Below the pieces are notes generated by a model. That model saw only the letters and a program-made list of their open reading frames with translations. It was not told where the DNA came from and made no database searches. From positions 20,584,001 to 20,648,000 of the forward strand of contig OZ286468.1 in NCBI GenBank assembly GCA_965644265.1: a stretch of 64,000 bases of DNA, in the 5' to 3' direction. Within the stretch, counting starts at the first letter, position 1; each line of letters begins with the position of its first letter. Of the stretch, positions 1-11,300 are shown piece by piece. The position numbers and the translations under genes are program-made. This DNA is from Glycera tridactyla (Eukaryota).

Positions 1-1539
1 ATCATCATAAGCTGTACTGGAATACCAAAAGCTTTCAGAAAATATATAGTCTGCATGCTCTGCCACCCCCCCCCTCCCATGTCTATATTTTTGGGATAAT
101 TCCTATCTTACGATGACTATGATATTCGCCATGAATTTTCAGAACACTATACTAGTTTCAAAAATCACCGAATGTATATTCATGCACCCTCTCTCTATTG
201 AAAAGAATAGCAAGTGCTCTTATGGTGTTTTGTACTACTTTAGTTGGGAATGTACCAAATTCTTTTTCGTTTCAGTCAATAAAACGTGAATGATATGACG
301 CTCTATGCTTCCTCAGAAAAAAAATCACAAAACACAAGAATGTCTGTAATCGATTGCACGCTTGCTAAGTGCAGCTAGTGACATTACGTTCCAATGTTTT
401 CATACCAATACAAATATAGGCATAACAGCAGGACCTCAACGCTAGGAATGAATGACAGCATAATTTTTTCAGTGCTTGCCGCAAAGAAAGACCCAGGGCC
501 ATCAGTCTTAGACCTCCTTGCCCCTGACTCGCAATGTATATGATTAGCTGGTCGAAGTCACTGTATACTATATCGTGACGCCCATGCAACAAGTATGGGT
601 GTAATCATCATGGGTTACCAATGACAGGTCAATTACATCATATTCACACACTATACGCGTGACTTCAGGGCAGCAACGAAGCACGAGAGTCACTGATCAT
701 CCTCCCAAGACGAGATGGTCTTATAGACATGCTGTGTTTGAAGCATTGCTTTTCTCATTTAAATGGGAAATTGCGAACATTTTGTGGAAATCCGATACAT
801 TCAAGATGATGGTCATAGATTAGCAATCATGCTATATCGATTTACCACAATGCCAAACAAAAAGCAACCTCATCTCAGCATACATACGTATTTCAGACAC
901 ATGCCGGCGCAAGAATGAAGGGGTGAAATTCAACTACAAGCAAGAGGCTGCGTCCCTTCCAGATCACAACGTGACACCTGGCTGTAATGAAATTCGTCTG
1001 GAACAAAACCATAGAAACAATATTACAAATGAATATTCACAGAGGAGATGGCACATATGTGAAACCCATCACATTTCTTGTCACCAAACATTCGGGAAAA
1101 TGCATATGAGCCTGTTTTGCATCGATTGGATCTGAAATGTGAAAGAGACAGCGAAAAAAAATTACCCATTCTCGATGATCGAGAATGTACTCCAAGAAGT
1201 GGTTTTGATGTCACAGGTGAGAGCCAGCAATTGATCTGCCAGGCTGTGTGACCAATATTAGATGTGCGGTGTAGTCCGCTTCACTCACACAGGCATATGC
1301 TATCATATGCAAAACAAAATCAGCAGGGATTAGTTTACCCATAATCACTATGCACTGCTGTTAATGTCTACCATTGTTTGCCATCGTCACATAGATCGGC
1401 AGCATCATATATCCTGATGAATTACCATCCCTGATGGATCATTCAGAGAGGCCGAGTTGTTCATGGAGATACATGGTACGAGATGTCCTCTGAAGGAGCA
1501 CAGGGTACACAAAGCACAGGTGAGAAAAGCTGGCTTAAA

Positions 1540-3845
1540 CTCCTAGCTTAATTATCATTTCAGTGTCTCCATCAGCATATCTATGTTATCCCATGGATAT
1601 TGTCAGTGATACTCCCTGATGTTAGGATACACGATGATAGTTCTAGTCCTGTGACCCTGCTGATGGTATTGGTGAAGGTGCCAGTTGGGCAGTTTCTTCT
1701 CCTATTCCAGTTGGGGAACAATAATGCCAGGCTGGAAGAAGCTTCTTTCGGGTGCCTGACACAGTGACATACCAGCTTCATTCTTTTGGTCCTGATCTTA
1801 GCTCAGACCTTTGGTAGGTTCCTGTAGATCTCCTCATTTGTTGAGTGTTCCCTTCAGCTGATGTTGAGTACTTTTTCTCAACATCCATGTGTAGCTTTCA
1901 AGTTCTTTCCCCTGTTTCTTGCTCAGTGCTCATGTTTCACTGCCATATAGGAGAATGACTTCAACTGTTGAAGTTAGCAGTATGATCTTCAGGTCTTTTT
2001 CAGATTTGACTTCCAGATTTTCCCCATTGTGTTGCATGTTTTCCATGCCGACCCCCATTTCAGATCTCCGCGAGAGGCTGGAGATCTTTATGCCACCACC
2101 TCGCTGCCCAACCTGTGCACACATTTCGCCAATCCTGACTCTCATGGCCGATATCATCAACCTAATCAAGGTCGGGGCAACGTGAATGATATAAATGATT
2201 CAATCTGACACTATTTTAACATGATTTATTGATCTGATGAATGACAATTTGAAAAAAGTAGCAATTGCATAATAGGCATTACCTCCTCGTTTTCGTGGCT
2301 GATCACCGAAGCACATAGATTTCGGCAGCTTGGATATGTATAGCTCTGCACAAATAATTCTGTACCTCATTACTAGGTTTCATGGATCACTGCGCCCATT
2401 TTATGAATGAGGTTGTGGATTTGCCATAATAATGTGTGTAAAACTAGCCAATCAGAGATCAGCACCTAGGCAAAAGTATGTTCAGCCAAATATCACTTGA
2501 TCCATGAATTATATGATGTGAGAATACATTCTGTATCAAAAATAAGGACCAAACTATGATGGAGAGGGCGAAAAAGGGCAATTTGACGAAGGTTTTCGAT
2601 GGAATTCGGCCATGACGGCATAAAACAAATCCATGGGCGGCTTGCTCATGACTCACACTGGAAGGAATGCTGCCCCAGATTCCTGATGGAGGGCTTGTCA
2701 CTCTCTCTTTCTCGGAGATTTCTCGGTGTACGTGGGCGCTTTTGTTTGCTTTGATATCAGCTTCAGTGCTGCTCGCCATTGTGCCAAGGTATTTGAAATC
2801 CTGCAGTACTTCTAATACCGATCCATCTATGGCCGTGATTTCAACTTACTGTCTCGGATTGAATGCAAGCATTCTCTTCTTTTTGGTCATTCATCGCTGA
2901 ACCAACTACTGCTAAGACTTCTTCAACTGGTTTCAGCAATGTTTGTACTTGTCATAACTCTTCAAAAATGAGAGCGACATCATCAGCAAAGCACAGAACT
3001 ATGATGTATTCAACTTGACAGCGTTGGCTCCTTCATTGCTCGATCATCAGGCCTGGTCCTTTTTTCGCTTCCATTGATTGATTTCCTTAATAAATAGTCA
3101 AGGACTATGATGATGAGATAGGGTGCAAGGGTGTCTCCAAGCAGTACACCTGATGTGATATCCGTGAAATGAGTGAGCCATTGCATCGACAAGTGTTTTT
3201 GGAATTCCATAGTCCCTGAGAATGTGCAGCATCTTCCCTCTGTGTCTCGAGTCAAATGCCTTGTAGAAGTCAATAAAAGTGATTATAGCAGGGAGTTGAT
3301 ATTCCTACCCACCTTCAATGATCATTCCGAGGGTTAGGATCTGATTAGTTGTCATCTGGCCTGGTCTGAATTTTTTTTTCGGATCCTAAGCCTCTTGTCA
3401 ATCTCTGAGCGGACGTTTTGGCCACAATGAAGCTGAGACCTATTCTTTGGTAGTTTCCTCCCATACTGAGGTCACCTGATTATGGAATGGGAACTATATC
3501 CAGGATCGACCACTTTGCTGGTTTGCCTCGCTTGTTCAGGGCTGCATTGCAGAAGTCGAGGATGATGTCGATCTCACATCACTTCAGTACTTCTGGTGCT
3601 ATCCCATCCTCACCACAGCTTTTCCCCTCTGTGATGGATCTTTTGGCCTTGGTATATTCCTCCATGTTGTATGGGCCTGTTTTTGAGTCGAGTATTGTTG
3701 GTATTCCCTCGTCTTTTTTTTGAGTTTTTGAAAATGCTCGTACCAGTTCTTTATACTTTCTTGTTGTGCAGTTCCTTTTAGTCGACCATTGCTAGATATT
3801 CATCGCCTTCTGATTTCATTTATGAGCTGCAAACTTCAGCCATAC
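1540..3845 (-). mobile_element. Decayed RTE-clade LINE (RT and C-terminus), interrupted by an insertion of about 690 bp
   Basis: Minus-strand remnants: FRPGQMTTNQILTL, GVLLGDTLAPYLIIIVLDY, QDFKYLG, AWKTCNTMGKIWKSNL, STVEVILLYGSET, HCVRHP. Confidence 0.85.
2051..2737. mobile_element. Unclassified insertion splitting the RTE coding frame
   Basis: The RTE peptide DIKA.K resumes as AWKTCN on the other side; the ends share only a weak atctccg..gaga inverted motif. Confidence 0.5.
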
Positions 3846-4466
3846 TTGTGATGTCTTTATATATATATATATGAAACAAGCCGTAACTCCTCCCCAAATG
3901 ATTGATTGAATGTTCGATCAATCATATGTTTATTGATCTATCATTATTGATCTCCCAATTGATATATTCAGGATGGAATAACTTGATGATATAGAATATA
4001 TTGTGATGGCGCAGCAGATGACTTGTATGAGTATGAGAATAAATGGAACAATTCACACACGCCTCTATGAACCTCACATGAACCGCATGAACCAAGGATT
4101 GTATACCTATGCATGTAACTGTCTGTAAGCTGATACTTAAACCAGATGCTTTGCTTAATGGCAGAGGAAAGTAATCATCTTGTGAATAAGTTTGTTCACT
4201 TACGGACTTATCGTCTTCGAACAAGAATTACGCTATGCGTATACATTACGATAACATCACAAGCAAATCTGGTTGGAGGACTAGTTACCCGTAACTCATG
4301 TACCCTATACCCTGAATATCAAATTGACATCAGGTGGTTATAATTGAACTGGATAGTCGGAGCGGGAGGCATTTGCCAAGCAAGGCGCAATAGAATAAGA
4401 TGATCGATGCAGGCAGCAGCTTCCTAGGATAATTTGAATGATTTGACCGAGATAGGTAGTGGTCGG

Positions 4467-4488
4467 ATGGAATATTCAGAGCAGGCAG
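4467..4488 (+). CDS. Candidate first coding exon of the DEG/ENaC gene (MEYSEQA, phase 1)
   Basis: ATG at 4467 follows an in-frame TAG at 4425. The GTAATG donor at 4489 gives phase 1, matching the phase-1 start of exon 8243 (MEYSEQA-D-AGEDSK...). Inference only. Confidence 0.35.
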
Positions 4489-4974
4489 GTAATGCATGGG
4501 CAGATTGTTTGAACATTAGAACCGGAAGTCAGCCATGTTTGCATTCACTAGACACCAACCATGCATGTATGAGCACGCCATTATATGGATAAGTACGAGA
4601 TAGTGGCATCATGTTGGGCGGCAGAAAACCAATTTAATGATGGTGGTGTTGGTTATGTTGATGATGATAACGTTTTGTTGTTATTATTGTTGTTGTTGTT
4701 GTTATTGTTGTTGTCGTTGATGATCGAAATACCCCTGGGGATATTTCTTTGTTCTTTGAAGTTCAGCCTTATTTTCGATTTTTCAGGAAAAAACATTCTT
4801 TTCATAGGGTCCCATGCATCCCCGACAGAAGTGATTATAGGTGCTAGAATGAGCGAAATTGCACAAAAATGTGCGGAATAAAAAAAGCTTCACATAGGGA
4901 CCAGATTGCTGAAAAAAATGTTTCCATATATCGCCATTGAAAAACATCGGAACTGTCATCGATAATATAGCACT

Positions 4975-7760
4975 TCATGGTTCATGGTGCTGGCAGTGGT
5001 CAATGGTGGTAGGGGTGGTGGTCCATGGTGATGGTGGCAGTGGCCCATCGTGGTGGTGGTTCATGGAGGTGGTTGTGGACCATGGTGGTAGTCCATATGG
5101 TGGTGGTGGACAATGGTGGTGGTGGTGGGCCGTGATGGTGTTGGTAGACCATGATGGTGGATGTGAACCATGGTGGAGACTGTGGACCATGATGTTGGTG
5201 GTGGCAGTGGTGCGCGATGGTGATGATGGTCGTCGTCAATGATGGTAGTGGTCCATGATGGTGGTAGTGGTGGTCCATAGTGGTTAACTATGGTGGTGGT
5301 TGTGGATCATCTAGCTGGTGGTAGACCATGGTGATGGCAGTGGTCCATGGTGGTGGCGGTGATCGATTGCAGTGGTTGTGGACCATGATGGTGGCTTTGG
5401 ACCAGGGTGATAGTGGACCATGGTGTTGGACAATGGCAGTGGCTGTGGACCATCATGCGACTGTGGACCATGGTGATGGCTCATGGTTGTGGCTGTGGAC
5501 CTTTGAGGTGGTGGTCCAAGATAGTGGCTGTGGCTCACGGTGGTGGCTGTAGACCAGGATGGTGGTGGTAGTGGTCCGTGGTAGTGGCGATGGTCGTAAT
5601 GCATGTTGGTAGTGTCCATGGAGATGATGATGGTGGGCAATGGTTGTTGCTGTGGACTATGCCGTTGATGGTGAACCATGGTGGTTGGGATGGGCCATGG
5701 TGGGGGGCTGTGGTCCATGGTGGTAGCTGTGGCCCATGGTGGTGCCTGTGGACGATTCAGGTGGAGGTTCATGGCAGTGGCTGTGGACCATGCTAATAGA
5801 TATGAACCATGGTGGTGGTTGTGGATCATCTAGCTGGTGGTAGACCATGGTGATGGCAGTGGTCCATGGTGGTGGCGGTGATCCATTGCGGTGGTTTTGG
5901 ACCATGATGGTGACTTTGGACCAAGATGATGGTGGATCATGGTGTTGGTCAATGGCAGTGGCTGTGGACCATCATGCGACTGTGGACCATGGTGATGGCT
6001 CGTGGTTGTGGCTGTGGACCTTTGAGGTGGTGGTCCAAGATAGTGGCTGTGGCTCACAGTGGTGGCTGTAGATCAGGATGGTGGTGGTAGTGGTCCATGG
6101 TAGTGGCGATGGTCGTAATGCGTGTTGGTAGTGTCCATGGAGATGATGATGGTGGGCAATGGTTGTTGATGTGCACTATGCTGTTGATGGTGGACCATTG
6201 TGGTTGGGATGGGCCATGGTGGGGGGCTGTGGTCCATGGTGGTAGCTGTGGCCCATGGTGGTGCCTGTGGACGATGGTGGTGGAGGTTCATGGCAGTGGC
6301 TGTGGACCATGCTAATAGATATGGACCATGGTGGTGGTTGTGGATCATCTAGCTGGTGGTAAACCATGGTGATGGCGGTGGTCCATGGTGGTGGCGGTGA
6401 TCCATTACAGTGGTTTTGAACCATGATGGTGACTTTGGACCAAGGTGATGGTGGACCATGGTGTTGGTCAATGGCAGTGGCTGTGGACCATCATGCGACT
6501 GTGGACCATGGTGATGGCTCATGGTTGTGGCTGTGGACCTTTGAGGTGGTGGTCCATGATAGTGGCTGTGGCTCACGGTGGTGGCTGTAGACCAGGATGG
6601 TGGTGGTAGTGGTCCATGGTAGTGGCGATGGTTGTAATGCGTGTTGGTAGTGTCCATGGAGATGATGATGGTGGGCAATGGTTGTTGCTGTGGACTATGC
6701 TGTTGATGGTGGACCATTTTGGTTGGGATGGGCCATGGTGGGGGGCTGTGGTCCATGGTGGTAGCTGTGGCCCATGGTGGTGCCTGTGGACGATGGTGGT
6801 GGAGGTTCATGGCAGTGGCTGTGGACCATGCTGATAGATATGGACCATAGTGGTGGTTGTGGATCATCTAGCTGGTGGTAGACCATGGTGATGACAGTGG
6901 TCCATGGTGATGGTGGTGATCCATCGCAGTGGTTGTGGACCATGATGGTGGCTTTGGACAAAAAGTGATGATGGACCATGGTGTTGGTCAATGGCAGTGG
7001 CTGTGGACAATCATGCGACTGTGGACCATGGTGATGGCTCATGGTTGTGGCTGTGGACCTTTGAGGTGGTGGTCCAAGATAGTGGCTGTGGCTCACGGTG
7101 GTGGCTGTAGACCAGGATGGTGGTGGTAGTGGTCCGTGGTAGTGGCGATGATCGTAATGCATGTTGGTAGTGTCCATGGAGATGATGATGGTGGGCAATG
7201 GTTGTTGCTATGGACTATGCTGTTGATGGTGGACCATGGTGGTTGAGATGGGCCATGGTGGGGGGCTGTGGTCCATGGTGGTAGCTGTGGCCCACGGTGG
7301 TGCCTGTTGACGATGGTGGTGGTGGTTCATGGCAGTGGCTGTGGACCGTGCTGATACATATGGACCATGGTTGTGGCTATGGACCATGGTGGTGACTGTG
7401 GCCATGGTGGTGGTGATGGCTGTGACCATGTTGGGGTGGTGGTTGTGAACCATGGAGGTGATGGTGGTGGTGGTGCTCCATGGTGGTGGTGATGGCCATC
7501 GTCAATATTGGTAGTGCTCCATGGTGGTGGTGCTGGCAATCGTAAATATTGGTTGTGCTCCATGGTGGTGGTGATGACTGTGACCATAGTTCTCCATGGT
7601 GGTGAATGTGACCATGGTGGTGGTGATGGCTGTGACCATAGTGCTCCATGGTGGTGGTGATGGCCATCGTTAAAATTGGTAGTGCTTCATGGAGGTGGTG
7701 TTGGTGGTCCGTGGTGGTGATAGTGACGGTCCATGGGGGTTGTGGTGGTTCCACCATCTC
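4975..7760. repeat. GGT/CCATGG-rich minisatellite with a 519-bp higher-order unit (about 4 copies) and degenerate flanks
   Basis: ctagctggtggta recurs at 5311, 5830, 6349 and 6868, exactly 519 apart. Confidence 0.95.
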
Positions 7761-7814
7761 ATACAACTGGCGTTGCCATTATTATGGCTCACCCATTAGA
7801 CAGCCTTGATTATA

Positions 7815-7993
7815 CAGTCAAACCTGTTCTAAGCAGCCACCATTTGGGAAGGCAAAAAGTGGCTGCTTAGGGCAGGTGGCTGCTAAGAGCAGGTTAATTA
7901 AAGTGAAAAAACCTCCAGTGAGAAATTCAAAAGTGACTGTTTAGGGCAAATGGCGCTGCTTAGTACAGCGGCTGCTCAGGACAGGTCAGACTG
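7815..7993. mobile_element. Tc1/mariner-type MITE, 179 bp
   Basis: TA target-site duplication on both sides; TIR cagtcaaacctgt versus acaggtcagactg. Confidence 0.8.
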
Positions 7994-8242
7994 TATATCT
8001 CTCCATATAATTCATTTATTCATTCCCATATCTTATCACTCATCCATCAAGTCATCGAATTTGCATTCATTTATTCATTCATCCATCCACATGTGTTTGT
8101 TTTCTATTTCGTCATTCATTTATTCACTGATCTGTCAATATTTTTCATCATTTCATTTTCATTATTCTTTTTTCATCTATTCATGTTTCCTATATTTGTT
8201 TATTTGTATCCATGCATGATTCATGCATTCACTCTCTCGCAG

Positions 8243-8395
8243 ATGCTGGTGAAGATTCCAAGCGGGAGGGTGGAATAAAATGGCGCCTAAATCAGTTGCT
8301 GGCTGAAACGCACACACACGGTCTACCACATGCTCACCGTGCCAAAAGTCCTCAACGCAAAGCTTTCTGGGCTCTCCTCTTCCTTGGTGGTCTTG
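8243..8395 (+). CDS. DEG/ENaC exon: N-terminus, HG motif, start of M1
   Basis: ctctctcgcag acceptor, GTGAGT donor; reads AGEDSKREGGIKWRLNQLLAETHTHGLPHAHRAKSPQRKAFWALLFLGGL. Confidence 0.92.
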
Positions 8396-11300
8396 GTGAG
8401 TCGATGAGAAGAGTGCTGTTGCTTATTAAGGTGACGGCAACATGGCAATGTTTAGTTTTATTGGTTGGGTCGAATAGTCATATTGTTGAAAGTTCTGGGA
8501 TATATTGAACAGAAATCGCTCGGGAAGGGTGTGGGAAACAATCCTCTGCTCTATGCGAAAAGAAAACAGTGGTCCATCATGTGCATATAGAAGTGGGTCT
8601 ACATGACTGACTTTTGATATCTCGGTTGACGTGTACTGGCGTTGGTATCCATGCTCCACTTCTGTAAATTGTCACGACCGTTTGACTCAAAGTTCAATGA
8701 TGTGGTAGTACTTATATGCACTTTCCAAGGTCGCGGAATGTACAGAGTATGTATACAGCTTTTTCTTCGTTTTTTGAAAGCTATCATTCTCTGTATAATT
8801 CGTTTGGTGTAATAATTTCATCGGCAGTAAATTTTATGTGATACAATTTTCGGGTCAAGTGAATGTCGAGTAATGTATGTGTTATAATTTGAAGCCATCT
8901 CCGAGCCGATAGTAAAGGGGAAACTTCACGAGTCAATTCTCTTGTATATGTTATCCAGTTTTGTATTTTTGAATGTGCCTCCATTATGAAAATTGATGCA
9001 GTTGCCCATACATCTTGAGTCTGATATTCAGGTCCATCTATATTTTGATACAGGGATGTGTTTGGCCATGGTGACATCCAACTTTCTGCAGTACATAAGT
9101 CACCCAGTGAAGACAACGATTACAATCTCTGATGACCACTGGCTTCCATTCCCTGCAGTCACCTTCTGCAATCATAATCCTGCTCGATATTCTGCCATCA
9201 TGATGCTAGCTGAAAGGATTGCAAGGAGTAACTTATCGGTAGGTCAATGTGTCTTTTTTTTGACAAGATTGCAGCAATAAACTCATTGATACAGTTGAAC
9301 TTGTCCTGAACAGGAATGGTCTAAGCAACAGGCTTTTGTTCATTTCATCTGAGTATTCATCACTGTAATTGGCCTGTACCAAGCATGAACTTGCTTCACG
9401 CAAACGGTTTCAACTTGTCCGTTGGCTTCATGCTTGAGCAAAGTTTGAGTGTATATGAGAATGCACTTTCTCATGGTGAAGGCAGTTGCATGCACCATGA
9501 AGCGTGCCAGCTTTTACTCAAGTGAATAGTGAGATATTCAATCACTGGCCTTATCAGGTTGGTGTCGTGCATGTAGGGGTGCGTGTGTGTCCGAGAATTA
9601 ATGCCCGCACGGGGAAAAGTATTCAACCCATCCATTCATTCATCCGCCCATCCATCGATCTACTAGTTTACTCCATTCAGGAGAGTCAGCAAGACCGCTC
9701 CACCATGTTATCTATCTAGGAGCATACTCCTACAGCCTTCTGGCCTCAATCATCCAGGCTGCAGCCTGCCACTGCTAATGGAGCCAGAGTGACAGCACTG
9801 ATGCAGCCTACCGCTGGCTCCAGCTCCATGCGTGATGGCCGCGCCTATGAACAAGAATCGACCCCGTATCATAGAGTCGCCCACCCTGAACCACAAATGG
9901 ATGTACAGGGGCATACATGATCCTCGAAGTTGATACATGCCCAATAGAATCAGTCTGTCAATCATTCAATCATGAAAAAGGAACACGATTGCAGTTGTAG
10001 TATTGGATGTCGATTCTCAAACTGACATATCCACTAACCATGTGTTTAATGTTTACAGGACAACGAATCACCAATCGGGGCCGATCGAAACTCTACCGAA
10101 ATCTCCACAAGCAACATCTACAAGAGATTCTATGAAACATTGAATATATCTGAGAGGATGGCAATTGGTCATACACTAGAGGATACGTTGTATGTCTGCA
10201 CATTCAATCAAATAGCCTGCAACATAAGGTTCGTCTTCACCTTCTGTATCTCACTGTTCGATAAGATCCCATCCCATAATAGGAGTGATATTGGCTAGGA
10301 AAATTTCCGCACTCCTTGATTTGGGAATTAAGTTATTCACCGATAGGTCACCATTCATAACTTGAACATAAAATCCAGACAAATACAAAAATGCATGACG
10401 TAGAGAGCAGAACTGATATTTATTTGGTGCTGGTGAAGATTCTCGACTTATGTTGGTGAGAGTTCTCATATGCGTACGTTTCACAAGGGAATATAAATAT
10501 AATAAATCAATGATGTCTCACTTTGGATAATTCTTGAAACTGTTTTTCGACGTTTCGACTTCCCGACTAGGAGTCTTGATCGCGAGTGGTCACATGCGCG
10601 TCGTCGTGCTGCTCAGGTGACAGGATATGGTCGTAGACGGGGGGGCAGGTGGTAGCCATGGTCCCGGTTCATGTTGGGTGTCTGCTGCTGCAGCATGACA
10701 TGAGGTCCTATCGAGGGATCTCAAGTGGCACCGAACATGTGGATATGAGGGGACTAATTGTAAGAGCAAGGACTCTTCGAAAAGCTGCGTAGCGAGATGA
10801 TCAGTGAATCAAATTCCTTCCATCGGCCATTTTCCCACTTCTCATAATGGGTACAATTCTGCTTACACTTCAAACTAGATACAGGTAAAACAAGGATAAT
10901 TTTACTCTTTCAACTAACATCATCGTATTTATTAAAGAATTGAGTGCATTTTCAAAATGTATGTAAATGATGCATATATAATTTTTTCTAGTGACATAAT
11001 AACAATCTTGGATAGAGGATTCGGTAATTGCTTCATATTCAACAGTGGTGCCAATGGCCTTCCTATACTTGGGACAAAGAAATCAGGACCAGACTTTGGT
11101 GAGTATATGCCCAAAATAGCAGACCGACATCGGCACTGCCGTTGGTCCAATGTTGGCCTTCACCGTAGGTCCAATGTTGGCCTTCACCGTCGGCCCAATA
11201 TCAATCTGTCCAACGTCGGTCCTGATACAATTACAGCAGGCCTAACAGCGGGCCAATGTCAGGCAGATGCAATTGTCATGGGGCCGACGTTGGGCCGAAG

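Noticed and set aside
4937-7766. His/Pro-rich and Val/Gly-rich ORFs as a real repetitive protein
   Set aside because: ORFs appear in several frames on both strands, with stops in every 519-bp unit; they are explained by a triplet-based minisatellite.
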